Assembly: GCA_903873545.1 (NCBI GenBank)
Contig: CAIQPA010000047.1
Coordinates: 1-33,707 of the forward strand
Direction of reading: 5' to 3'
DNA length: 33,707 nucleotides
Source: an uncultured delta proteobacterium
GTDB taxonomy: Bacteria > Myxococcota_A > Bradymonadia > REDH01
Of this stretch, positions 23,282-31,665 are shown piece after piece. Made by a program: the position numbers and the translations under genes. The notes under the pieces were generated by a model. It made no database searches, had not been told where the DNA came from, and was given only the letters and a program-made list of their open reading frames with translations. Every line of letters begins with the position of its first letter. Positions within the stretch are counted from its first letter, which is position 1.

Positions 23282-24729
23282 CACACCCTGCCCCCATGAG
23301 ACTGGCCGGCGGCTTTGTTGCAGGACGATGGAACCACGACCGCGCCGATCGGTGGGAGCGGTTCGCCCCCTACGACCTATCGATGCCGGTCTTTGTTGGC
23401 ACCGAGGGCACCGCGCTCATCGATGCCGCGGTCGAGCAGGGGCGACGGGCGCAGCGGGCTTGGAAGCTTCGGCCTCTCGCAGAGCGCATCGCCGTCATCG
23501 ACCGATTCAATGAGCGGCTCGGTGAACACTCGCCCAAGATTGCGCTGCAGATCATGCGAGAGACCGGCAAACTGGCTGTAGATGCCGCCGCCGAGATGAA
23601 GGGCGTGCTCTCGCGCTGGGAACAAACCAAGCAGATCGCGCTCGCGGAGTTGCAGCGCCACCAACCGGCGGCCGACGCCTGCTACGACCTCGTCCCGCTC
23701 GGCGTGGTGGCGGTGATCAGCCCCTTCAACTTCCCGATTCACCTGGCGCACGGGCAGCTGCTTGCCGCGCTGGTGGCGGGCAACGCCTGCATCCTCAAGC
23801 CCTCCGATTGGACCGCTGGCTGCGCAGAACGCTACTTCTTCGCCTGGCAGGAGGCCGCAGAGGAGAGCGGCGCCGATCCGAGCCTGCTCCAGCTCATTCA
23901 AGGCGGCGGTCAGACGGGCGCAGCGCTGGCGGCCCATCCGGGCGTCGACAGCGTCTCCTTCACCGGCTCCTACCCGGTCGGCGTCTCCATCGTCCGGGCC
24001 GCCGCGGCGCAGCCGAGCAAGCTCATCGCGTTGGAGCTCGGCGGCAAGAACACAGCGATCGTTCTGGATGATGCAGACCTGGCGCTGGCAACCGAGGCAA
24101 TCCTTACTGCGGCGACCGCAACGACGGGGCAGCGCTGCACCTGCGTGAGCCGCCTGGTCGCAACACGCGGCGTGGCAGAGGCGCTGCTCGACGAGCTCTC
24201 GATGCGGCTGGAGTGGATGGAGAGCGACGACCCGCAGCTGGAGAGCAGCGTGATGGGTCCGCTCGCCACGCCGGGCGGCTACGAGCGCTTCCTTGCAGCA
24301 CAGGAGGAGACGGCTGGGCTCCAGACGCTCCTCAAAGGAGCAGCCGTGGAGCGGGCAACGCAGGGCTACTTTGTGCGGCCCGGCCTGCACTTGGTTCGCG
24401 ACATCGAGGCGGCGAAGGGGCGCATCGAGCGGGAGCTCTTCGGGCCCGATCTGCTGGTCGAGGTTGTCGACACGGAGGAGGAGGCCGTGGAGCGGGCCAA
24501 TGCTACGCCGTATGGGCTGGCCATGGCGCTCTTCACGCGGACACAGTCGCGGTTTGAGCGGCTGCGGCTGGAGCTCGAGGCGGGCGTAGTGAACTGGAAC
24601 CGACCGACGGTCGGTTCCAACGCGCTGCTTCCATTCGGAGGCATCAAGCAGAGCGGCAATCACCGCGCGACCGGTTCGCATGCGTTGCGGCATGCGGTCC
24701 GGCCGCTGTCATCGATGCTCGGCGGCTAG
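23278..24729 (+). CDS. astD: Succinylglutamate-semialdehyde dehydrogenase-like aldehyde dehydrogenase
   Basis: ATGA overlap with astA. ALDH motifs 'ELGGKN' and 'GQRCTC' are present. The C-terminal 'LEAGVVNWNRPTVGSNALLPFGGIKQSGNHR' matches AstD '[31 protein letters not shown]'. Confidence 0.8.
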   Translation: MTHPAPMRLAGGFVAGRWNHDRADRWERFAPYDLSMPVFVGTEGTALIDAAVEQGRRAQRAWKLRPLAERIAVIDRFNERLGEHSPKIALQIMRETGKLAVDAAAEMKGVLSRWEQTKQIALAELQRHQPAADACYDLVPLGVVAVISPFNFPIHLAHGQLLAALVAGNACILKPSDWTAGCAERYFFAWQEAAEESGADPSLLQLIQGGGQTGAALAAHPGVDSVSFTGSYPVGVSIVRAAAAQPSKLIALELGGKNTAIVLDDADLALATEAILTAATATTGQRCTCVSRLVATRGVAEALLDELSMRLEWMESDDPQLESSVMGPLATPGGYERFLAAQEETAGLQTLLKGAAVERATQGYFVRPGLHLVRDIEAAKGRIERELFGPDLLVEVVDTEEEAVERANATPYGLAMALFTRTQSRFERLRLELEAGVVNWNRPTVGSNALLPFGGIKQSGNHRATGSHALRHAVRPLSSMLGG

Positions 24730-25247
24730 CCGGAGGTAAAGAGGCTATCGAGCTCTTTCTCGATGTGATCTTCGGTGGTCTTCATCGCCACACTGAGCTC
24801 CTGCACGAGGAGACGGCGGGCGGTGTCGAGCATCTTCCGCTCTCCGAAACTGAGGTTCTTGTCGGCCCGAATCAGGTTCAGGTCGCGAAGTACTTCAGCA
24901 ATTTCGAAGATGGAGCCCGTCTTGATCTTCTCGACATAGGCTCGGTAACGGCGGTTCCAGGTGCCGTGATCGAACGACACATTCCGCTCGCGCAGGATGT
25001 CGAAGACCTCGTCGACCTCGTCCTCCTCGATGACCTTTCGGATATCGACGGAGTCCACCTTGTTTTCGGGCACCATGATCTTTTTGTCTGAGTCCAGCAC
25101 GCGCAGGACAAAGAACCTCATCGTGGCATCCATGATAACTTTTTCTTCAAGTCCCTCGACCTTCGCTACACCTTGAGCCGGATAGACGACCATGTCGCCA
25201 ATCTTCAAGGAGAGTTCTCGCCGGGCACCAGACTTCGAGCGAGTCAT
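24726..25247 (-). CDS. cdnL: CarD/CdnL-family RNA-polymerase-binding transcription regulator
   Basis: It aligns almost along its full length with myxobacterial CdnL: 'GDMVVYPAQGVAKVEG', 'TWNRRYRAYVEKIKTGSIFEIAEVLRDL', 'LSFGERKMLDTARRLL'. Its stop overlaps the astD stop (CTAG at 24726-24729). Confidence 0.92.
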   Translation of the reverse strand: MTRSKSGARRELSLKIGDMVVYPAQGVAKVEGLEEKVIMDATMRFFVLRVLDSDKKIMVPENKVDSVDIRKVIEEDEVDEVFDILRERNVSFDHGTWNRRYRAYVEKIKTGSIFEIAEVLRDLNLIRADKNLSFGERKMLDTARRLLVQELSVAMKTTEDHIEKELDSLFTSG

Positions 25248-25310
25248 GCTAACCGCCCTCCGTCAAAAGATCTGAACCATTCAAAGAAAACAGACAGCCA
25301 GAGAGGGCGA

Positions 25311-25643
25311 CTATTTGGTCGGCTTCGAGAGCGAACCGTGCAGGTCGAGAAGCTTGGCCTTCGTGAAGGTCGACAGCTTCGACTTGTAGTCGGCGTTCGG
25401 CTTGCCGAACTTCAGGGCAACAATGGCATCCACGAGCGCATCCTTGGAGCCGAAGGTGCTGGAGACCTTCTCTTCCACCGCCGAGAGGCGGAGGAGCTGC
25501 TTGTTGGACGCACCCTGAATACGGGAAGCGAACTCCTTCTCGGTCTCGCCATCGCGGCGATCGAGAAGAGGAAGGAGCTTGGTGGCAAGCTCCTTCTTGG
25601 AACCGAACTGCTCTCGGACCTGGGTCAGCGGGCTCTTCGACAT
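25311..25643 (-). CDS. Small Lys-rich hypothetical protein of 110 aa with an internal 'FGSK..L' duplication
   Basis: ATG at 25643 with GAGGAAGG 6 nt upstream; the track start at 25649 is a TTG. The reading frame is clean. 'FGSKKELATKLLPLL' and 'FGSKDALVDAIVAL' repeat within the protein. The C-terminal 'KAKLLDLHGSLSK' resembles a helix-extension-helix (SAP/Rho_N-like) motif. The gene lies 63 nt upstream of cdnL. Confidence 0.7.
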   Translation of the reverse strand: MSKSPLTQVREQFGSKKELATKLLPLLDRRDGETEKEFASRIQGASNKQLLRLSAVEEKVSSTFGSKDALVDAIVALKFGKPNADYKSKLSTFTKAKLLDLHGSLSKPTK

Positions 25644-25822
25644 CGTCAACCTTCCTCACAGCTCGGCAACCCGCCGAGCGCATCTCCAACACCCCATGGT
25701 GCCGGAACATTCCTGATTTGTCTCCCAGCGTTGCCGCTGTTAGCAGACCGACCGCGCTGCCGGCATGGCTTGTAAAGACCAGCTAGGCGTTCAGAGTGGC
25801 CTGCTCTCTAGTGGTTTTAACC

Positions 25823-27373
25823 ATGTTTTTCAACCCCTCTCTCTCTCCTCGGCTTGCAGCCCCGCTGCTCGCCTCCCTCCTGCTTGCTGCCACTGTCGCA
25901 GGCTGCCGAACCAAGCCGGTCGCGGAACCGGCCGCTTCAGGCAGCGGCAGCGGCACCGGCCTCCCCGTCTCCGCGCCCGCCGTCGCACCGAAGACAGGCA
26001 CCCTCGCCGCGCAGCAGGGGCCTGTGCAGCTCACCGACGCGGAGGTCGTTGCCCGCTTTGAGGCCAACGCCTTCCGCAAGGGGCTCCGTCCGACGGCCAA
26101 AGATGCCCTCATGCTCGCCGACGACCAGCGGGTCATCCGCCTCTTTGCGGGCGACCAACTCGTGGCCCGCCGAGCCGGCGCCCTCGCCGAAGCCAAGGGC
26201 TGCAGCGTCTCTGCCGAACAGGCCCGCGCCGCCATGCAGAGCGAGCCCGAAGTGAGCCGACTCTTCGCGCTCGACGCTGCCGGCCAACAGGCGGCCTTCG
26301 CGCCCTACAACATGCTATCGATGGAGACGCTCGAAACGGTCTTCGCTGATGAGCTCCTGCGCAAATGCCTCGAGGAGAAACTCGCTGCAGGCCTCGACGA
26401 GCCGACACTCCGCGCCCGCGTGCTTGCCGAACGGGAGACCATCGAGATGCAGTTCGCCTCCGTCCGCTTGCCGCTCGAGGCCGGCCGGCTCAGCGCCGTG
26501 CTCACCACCCGCGCCGCCGATATCGAGAAGCGGTACGCCGAGACATCGGACCAGCACTGGCTGCCCCCGCGGCGGCGCATCTCGCTGGTCCGCCAGCCCA
26601 AGCCGGCCGACACCGCGGCCCTCGAAGCGCTCAAGGAGCAGATGAGAGGCTGGCGCGAGGCCGCCTCCGCGAGCCCCGAGGCCTTCGCTGCCACCGCAAC
26701 AGCCCACTCCGCCGACGCCTCCGCGTCGTCCGGCGGCCGATACGGGCTGGTCACCGAGACCCAGATGCCGCTCGTCTTCACCACGCCGGTGGGCGCGACC
26801 ACTGCGCTCTTCGAGTCGGAGACCGACCTCATGTTTGCCCGGGTCGAGGAGCAGACCGCGCCGGAGCGGCGGCCGCTGGACGACGGCATGCGCAGCGAGA
26901 TCGCGGCAACGCTCGCGCGCGAGTCCGGGCCCACCGACAAGGAGAAGGCACTCGCAGCAACGGTGCAGCAGGCCATGGTCCGCGGCGGCGTAGCGCTCGA
27001 GGCCATCAAGTCCGAGAAGGGCGTGGTGCTCGCGATGCCGAAGCCCTTCCGCCGCACGGCGACTGGCATGGTTCCGGGCGTGGGACCCAACCCTGCGCTG
27101 AGCGCTCAGCTCTTCGCCACGCTTTCCAAGCCGGGCGACACCTTCCCCGAACCCTACTTCACCGGCTACGGCCTTGTGGTGGTCAAGCTCATCGCGCGGG
27201 TAACGCCGACCGAGTCGGAGATCGCCACGGCGCTCGCCGAGCAGCGCGAAGAGACAGCCGCCATCGAGGCACGGGAGCAGGTCGATGCACTCCTCGCAGC
27301 AGAGAGCGCCAAGCCGGTTGTGATGGTTGAACCGATCTCTGCACTGCTGCGCGCCTTCGCCACGGCGAAGTAG
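25823..27373 (+). CDS. Lipoprotein with SurA/PpiD-like chaperone architecture and a degenerate parvulin (PpiC-type) domain
   Basis: ATG at 25823. Signal peptide plus lipobox 'LLASLLLAATVAGC'. 'FAATATAHSADASASSGGRYGLV' follows the parvulin pattern 'FaelAkkyS.D..Sa..GGdLG'. Confidence 0.6.
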   Translation: MFFNPSLSPRLAAPLLASLLLAATVAGCRTKPVAEPAASGSGSGTGLPVSAPAVAPKTGTLAAQQGPVQLTDAEVVARFEANAFRKGLRPTAKDALMLADDQRVIRLFAGDQLVARRAGALAEAKGCSVSAEQARAAMQSEPEVSRLFALDAAGQQAAFAPYNMLSMETLETVFADELLRKCLEEKLAAGLDEPTLRARVLAERETIEMQFASVRLPLEAGRLSAVLTTRAADIEKRYAETSDQHWLPPRRRISLVRQPKPADTAALEALKEQMRGWREAASASPEAFAATATAHSADASASSGGRYGLVTETQMPLVFTTPVGATTALFESETDLMFARVEEQTAPERRPLDDGMRSEIAATLARESGPTDKEKALAATVQQAMVRGGVALEAIKSEKGVVLAMPKPFRRTATGMVPGVGPNPALSAQLFATLSKPGDTFPEPYFTGYGLVVVKLIARVTPTESEIATALAEQREETAAIEAREQVDALLAAESAKPVVMVEPISALLRAFATAK

Positions 27374-27379
27374 CCTCGG

Positions 27380-28003
27380 TCAGTCGACGCCGTCGAGGAA
27401 CTCTACGCGCCCCGTCGTGAGCGAGTACTCGGCGCCCACGACCCGGAGCCCGTTGGTTGCGATGAGCGACTCGAGCAGGGCCGAACCGTGGCGCAGGTGG
27501 TTGACCGAGGCCCGCACGTTGGCCCGAACGGCGTGGGCAAGGAGCTCGTCGTCGGCCTCGTCGGGGCGATGGGTCTCGAGCAGCGTCTCGACCGAAGGGC
27601 GGATGCGATCGACGATGGAGCGGAGGTTGGGAGACTGCTGGGCCACGGGGCGGCGGAGCTCCTCGAGTGTCGCCTCGATGGCGCCACAGGAGGTGTGACC
27701 AAGCACAACCACGAGGCGGGTATGGAAGCGGGCAGCCGCGAACTCGATGCTGCCGACCTGCGACGGAGCGACGATGTTGCCGGCAACGCGAATGACGAAG
27801 AGGTCGCCGAAGCCCTGGTCAAAGACGAGCTCCGCCGGCACGCGGGAGTCGGAGCAGCCGAGGATGATGGCGAAGGGCTCCTGGGTGGCGCCAAGGACGG
27901 CCTCACGCCCGCGGTCGAAGCCTGCGACGGGCAGCGTCAGCCGCTCTGCAAAGCGTTGGTTCCCAACGCGAAGTCGTTCAAGTGCCTCTGCTGCGGAGAT
28001 CAT
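27380..28003 (-). CDS. Beta-class carbonic anhydrase (canonical type)
   Basis: ATG at 28003 with GAGG 5 nt upstream. Motifs 'ILGCSDSRVPAE' (CxDxR), 'FVIRVAGN' and 'VLGHTSCGAI' (HxxC). Confidence 0.9.
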   Translation of the reverse strand: MISAAEALERLRVGNQRFAERLTLPVAGFDRGREAVLGATQEPFAIILGCSDSRVPAELVFDQGFGDLFVIRVAGNIVAPSQVGSIEFAAARFHTRLVVVLGHTSCGAIEATLEELRRPVAQQSPNLRSIVDRIRPSVETLLETHRPDEADDELLAHAVRANVRASVNHLRHGSALLESLIATNGLRVVGAEYSLTTGRVEFLDGVD

Positions 28004-28047
28004 CGATGCCTCGGTGAGCGGGTTGGCACCCTGCTAGGCAAACATGA

Positions 28048-28084
28048 CGCCCTGCGCAACGCGACGGATGCGCGTTGCAGGGCG
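28048..28084 (-). terminator. Strong GC-rich stem-loop immediately after the thiG stop. It may be a terminator/attenuator or an RNA-processing element lying before the carbonic anhydrase gene.
   Basis: Pairs 28048-28053 with 28079-28084 and 28056-28063 with 28071-28078, giving 14 bp with a 2-nt bulge and a 7-nt loop. It begins 2 nt after the thiG TAG. The downstream tail carries only a short U stretch (UCAUGUUUGCC), so it is not a textbook intrinsic terminator. Confidence 0.35.
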
Positions 28085-28086
28085 GC

Positions 28087-28911
28087 CTACGACCAGAAGC
28101 CGCCCTCTTCGGGAGAGCTTGCCGATGCGTGGAGTTTGCGCGGGATGCGGCCGGCCTGACGCGCCGCCCACCCTGCTGTCGCGGCATGACGCATCGCTTC
28201 GGCCATCAGCGTGGGGTGCTTGGCGCCGGAGACGGCCGTGGAGAGGAGGACAGCGTCGCAGCCGAGCTCGAAGGCCTGGACCACATCCGAGGCGGTGCCG
28301 ACGCCGGCGTCGAGGATGACGGGCAGCTCCGTGATCTGCTCGCGGATGATGCGGAGGTTGTAGGGGTTCCGGATGCCCATGCCGCTGCCAATCGGGCTGC
28401 CGAGGGGCATGATGGCGGCGCAACCTGCGTCGCGGAGCCGGAGGGCGAGGATGGGGTCGTCGTTGGTGTAGGGCAGGACGACGAAGCCGTCGCGGACAAG
28501 CTGGGTGGCAGCCTTGAGGAGTTCGATGGGGTCGGGGAGCAGCGTGGTGTCGTCGCCGATGACCTCAAGTTTCACCCAGGGTGTGTCGAAGGCCTCCCGG
28601 GCAAGATGGGCCGTGAGGATGGCGTCGCGGGCGGAGTAACAGCCGGCGGTGTTGGGCAGCAGGAAGCGTCCGCTCCGCCGCAGCGCTCCGAAGAGGGATG
28701 ACTCGTCGGGCTCGGTGGGATCGACGCGCCGCACGGCTACGGTGACGACCTCTGCACCCGAGGCCTCGATGGTCCGCATGAGCGCGTCGAGGCTCCGATA
28801 ACGGCCGGTCCCCATGAAGAGGCGGGAAGCGAAGCGGCGCCCCGCGATGACCAGACCTTGGTCGGCGGGCTGGAACTGCGAGAGCGGGTCTCGGGGAGCG
28901 ATCGAATCCAT
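28087..28911 (-). CDS. thiG: Thiazole synthase
   Basis: '[10 protein letters not shown]', 'LLPNTAGC', 'VKLEVIGD...[12 protein letters not shown]', '[12 protein letters not shown]', '[15 protein letters not shown]' and '[12 protein letters not shown]' all match ThiG. The start is uncertain: ATG 28911 or GTG 28962. Confidence 0.9.
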   Translation of the reverse strand: MDSIAPRDPLSQFQPADQGLVIAGRRFASRLFMGTGRYRSLDALMRTIEASGAEVVTVAVRRVDPTEPDESSLFGALRRSGRFLLPNTAGCYSARDAILTAHLAREAFDTPWVKLEVIGDDTTLLPDPIELLKAATQLVRDGFVVLPYTNDDPILALRLRDAGCAAIMPLGSPIGSGMGIRNPYNLRIIREQITELPVILDAGVGTASDVVQAFELGCDAVLLSTAVSGAKHPTLMAEAMRHAATAGWAARQAGRIPRKLHASASSPEEGGFWS

Positions 28912-29042
28912 GGCGGCGTCCGAAGGAGCGGGCTGGGCGGAGCGGCGATACCTCGCCGCCACAGGGCGTGCAACCCTGCCGGACAGGCCGCAGTGGGCAG
29001 CTCAGACTTGAACTTCGCAGGCAGAGGGAGCATAGCGCGGCC

Positions 29043-30020
29043 ATGAAGAGGCCAGACGCGCAGCAGAGCCCGCTCGGGGCAGGCTTCCGAGGAGTAGGGA
29101 GCCTGGCGCTGCTCTGCGCCGCGATCCTGCTTGCGGGCTGCCGCGACAAGGAGCCCTTCGCCGGCGTGACGGCGCAGTCGAATGCCGAGACGCAGGGCGG
29201 CCTGATGGTATCCCGCATCGCCGGGACAGCAGCGGGCGGAGGCTCAGCCGAGAACACGGGCCAGCAGCTCGCGCAGGGTGCGGCACGGCTCGCCTCTACC
29301 TTTGCACCACAGGGCACCCCTCTCTTTGCGCCCCTGCCCTGGAAGTTCACGGGCGACGGAAGGCGCGATCTGCCCGTGAAGCTGAGGCAGGGGATGCGCG
29401 TAGCCTTCATGGCCTATGCGCAGCCCTCCGATATCGACCTCGACCTCGTCCTGACGCTGCCCGATGGGCTGCAGGCCGCTGAGGACCGGTCGCCTGACGA
29501 GATGCCGGTCATCGTCCATTTCGAGGTGCCGCGAGATGGCATCTACAACCTCCGCGCCTCTGCCGATGGTGCCGGAGAGGCGCTCATTCTGGGCTTCGAG
29601 GAGGCTACCGTCCCCGAGACCTTCGCCGAGCGCGACCTAGCGGCCCTGGCTGGCCGTTACCTTCCCGGTGCAACGGCCCTCAGCCCTGTGCACCGCGAGA
29701 GCCTGCTGCCGGGCCACGCAGCCCGCCTGACCTTCGCCGCCCTCTCCGGCCACTGCTACGGCGTGGTGGCTGTTGGCAGCAAAGAGCTGCGCGATCTCGA
29801 CCTCTATCTCGCCACCGCCGAAGGCCAAGAGCTCGAGGAAGACACCGGCCCCGCAGCCGATGTGGTCATCCCGGAGGTCTGCATGGATCACGCAGGGATG
29901 ACGACCGTGACGCTGCGGGCCGCGGAGGGCAAAGGAGACGCCTTCTGGCAGGTCTACGAACTCGCCCGCAGGCAGGCGCCCAAGGCCGCGCAGGCAGGCA
30001 GCGGCAACGCGGAAAAATAG
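29043..30020 (+). CDS. Hypothetical lipoprotein with two tandem beta-sandwich-like (pre-peptidase C-terminal-like) repeats
   Basis: ATG at 29043. Signal peptide plus lipobox 'LLCAAILLAGC'. Internal duplication: '...VAFMAYAQPSDIDLDLVLTLPDG...GIYNLRA' versus '...LTFAALSGHCYGVVAVGSKELRDLDLYLATAEG...TVTLRA'. Confidence 0.7.
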   Translation: MKRPDAQQSPLGAGFRGVGSLALLCAAILLAGCRDKEPFAGVTAQSNAETQGGLMVSRIAGTAAGGGSAENTGQQLAQGAARLASTFAPQGTPLFAPLPWKFTGDGRRDLPVKLRQGMRVAFMAYAQPSDIDLDLVLTLPDGLQAAEDRSPDEMPVIVHFEVPRDGIYNLRASADGAGEALILGFEEATVPETFAERDLAALAGRYLPGATALSPVHRESLLPGHAARLTFAALSGHCYGVVAVGSKELRDLDLYLATAEGQELEEDTGPAADVVIPEVCMDHAGMTTVTLRAAEGKGDAFWQVYELARRQAPKAAQAGSGNAEK

Positions 30021-30097
30021 CGGCCAATCGTAGCCGTTGCTATCCGACCTCTGCTCCGCGTTGCGGCGCACCCCCACGACACCGACGCAGGTCCGCC

Positions 30098-31660
30098 GTG
30101 CTCAGAGAAATCGGTCCCTACCAGCTCCTCCGGCTCCTTGGCGAAGGCGGAAACGCACGCACCTACCTTGCCCGCGACCAGCGCTCCGGCCAGCTCCGCG
30201 CCATCAAGGAGCTGAAGCTCGTCAAGCAGCGCCACACCAAGCAGATTGAGCTCTTTGAGCGGGAGTGCGCCACCCTCAAGACCATCAACCACGCGCAGGT
30301 CCCGGAGTTCACCGAGACCATCGTCGACCGCCGTGAAGAGACCATCGCCTTCTACCTCGTGCAGGAGTTCATCGAGGGGCCCTCGCTGCAGCAGCTCCTC
30401 GAGGTGCGTGGCACAATCCCCATCCCCGAGGTGGTCTGGCTGATGAAGAGCTGCCTCGTGCCGCTCGGCTATCTCCACGGGCGCAATCCGCCGCTCTACC
30501 ATCGCGACATCAAGCCCTCCAACCTGGTGCTTCGGCCCAACGGCGACTGCGTCCTCATCGACTTTGGCGCCGTGCGCGAGGCCGTGCTGGATCCGCGTGC
30601 CGGCGGCTCGAGCGTTGTCGGCACCTTCGGCTACATGGCGCCGGAGCAGTTTCAGGCCCGCGCCTACGCAACGACCGACCTGTACGCGCTGGGCGCAACG
30701 GCCCTGCACCTCATCACGGGCATCGAGCCGGCGAGGTTTGAGATCCGGCGGCTCAAGCCCGACGTCTTCCCCCACCTCACCCACGACCCCGCCATCGCTG
30801 CCATCCTCGACCTGCTCCTGGAGCCGGCAATGGAGGACCGCTACCCGTCGGTCGACGCGCTGCTCCGCGCCCTGGAGCGTTGGGAGGCGGCCAACGGCCC
30901 GGCGGTGCGCATCGTTGTGCCGGAGGGCGCCAGCCAGCCCGTCTCCTCGCCCATCTCCTCGCCCAGCATGGGCGGCCTCTCGGCGCCCTCCTCCCTGCCG
31001 CCGATCGCGCTCGCTCCCGCACCTGCTCTGGTGTCGGCAGCCGCGCCGGTGGCTCTACCCGTCGCAGCGGCTGCAGCGGCGCCAGCGCCGGCGATGGTGG
31101 CTGCGTCAGCGATGGTTGAACCCGAGCCGGCCCCTCCGCGCATCGAGCCGCCCGCCCTCTCGTTGCCCATCGAGCCCGTGCCGCTCCGCCGCGAGGAGAG
31201 CCCCTTCTACCGCGCGCTGCTGCCCGGCGGCCATGGAGCCACCCGCGCGGCACTTCTGCCCATCGCCATCTCGCTCGGGCTCGCCCTGTTCTCCATGAGC
31301 CATGCCGCCCGCTACGACAAGGTCGCCTACCTCGTGGGAGCCGGCATCCTCGGCCTTGTCGGGCTCCTCCTCACCATGCCGCGCACGGCTGGCACGCAGG
31401 CCGCCAAGCGGCTCAAGAGCGGTGGCGAGGTTGCCACTGCCCGCACGCTGGAGGCGGTCGAGCGGGTGAGCCTGATCGGCGGCTCGGAGTTCTGGATCAC
31501 CTACGAGTTTGAGGGGGTCGACGGCCTCATGCACACCGGCAGCCAGCGACTGGCGTCGAAGGTGGCGCTGCAGACATTCTGGAACGATCGGGCCCGCGTC
31601 CGCATCCGCTACCTCGCCACCGACGCGACCGTCTCCTGCCTCATGCTGACGAAGCGCTGA
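30098..31660 (+). CDS. Hanks-type Ser/Thr protein kinase with a Pro/Ala-rich linker, two TM helices and a DUF3592-like C-terminal domain
   Basis: GTG at 30098. Kinase motifs 'LGEGGNARTY', 'RAIKELK', 'YHRDIKPSNL', 'IDFGAV' and 'GTFGYMAPE'. TM helices 'ALLPIAISLGLALFSM' and 'YLVGAGILGLVGLLLTM'. The tail 'EFWITYEFEGVDGLMHTGSQRL...RVRIRYL' fits the DUF3592 pattern as I remember it. Confidence 0.9.
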   Translation: MLREIGPYQLLRLLGEGGNARTYLARDQRSGQLRAIKELKLVKQRHTKQIELFERECATLKTINHAQVPEFTETIVDRREETIAFYLVQEFIEGPSLQQLLEVRGTIPIPEVVWLMKSCLVPLGYLHGRNPPLYHRDIKPSNLVLRPNGDCVLIDFGAVREAVLDPRAGGSSVVGTFGYMAPEQFQARAYATTDLYALGATALHLITGIEPARFEIRRLKPDVFPHLTHDPAIAAILDLLLEPAMEDRYPSVDALLRALERWEAANGPAVRIVVPEGASQPVSSPISSPSMGGLSAPSSLPPIALAPAPALVSAAAPVALPVAAAAAAPAPAMVAASAMVEPEPAPPRIEPPALSLPIEPVPLRREESPFYRALLPGGHGATRAALLPIAISLGLALFSMSHAARYDKVAYLVGAGILGLVGLLLTMPRTAGTQAAKRLKSGGEVATARTLEAVERVSLIGGSEFWITYEFEGVDGLMHTGSQRLASKVALQTFWNDRARVRIRYLATDATVSCLMLTKR

Positions 31661-31665
31661 CGCCC

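Noticed and set aside
24726-25310. Locally lower GC around cdnL as a sign of horizontal transfer
   Set aside because: cdnL is a conserved core gene. The dip is explained by its Lys/Glu/Ile/Asn-rich composition and by 5'-proximal codon choice, and there are no flanking mobility genes or repeats.
28912-29042. Possible TPP riboswitch in the thiG leader (minus strand)
   Set aside because: Only fragments resemble the consensus (CUGAG, CCUG-UCCGG). I could not find the GGGGUGC-type 5' element, the UGAGA core or the closing GCCGGCG-AGGGA segment. This needs a covariance-model search before it can be called.
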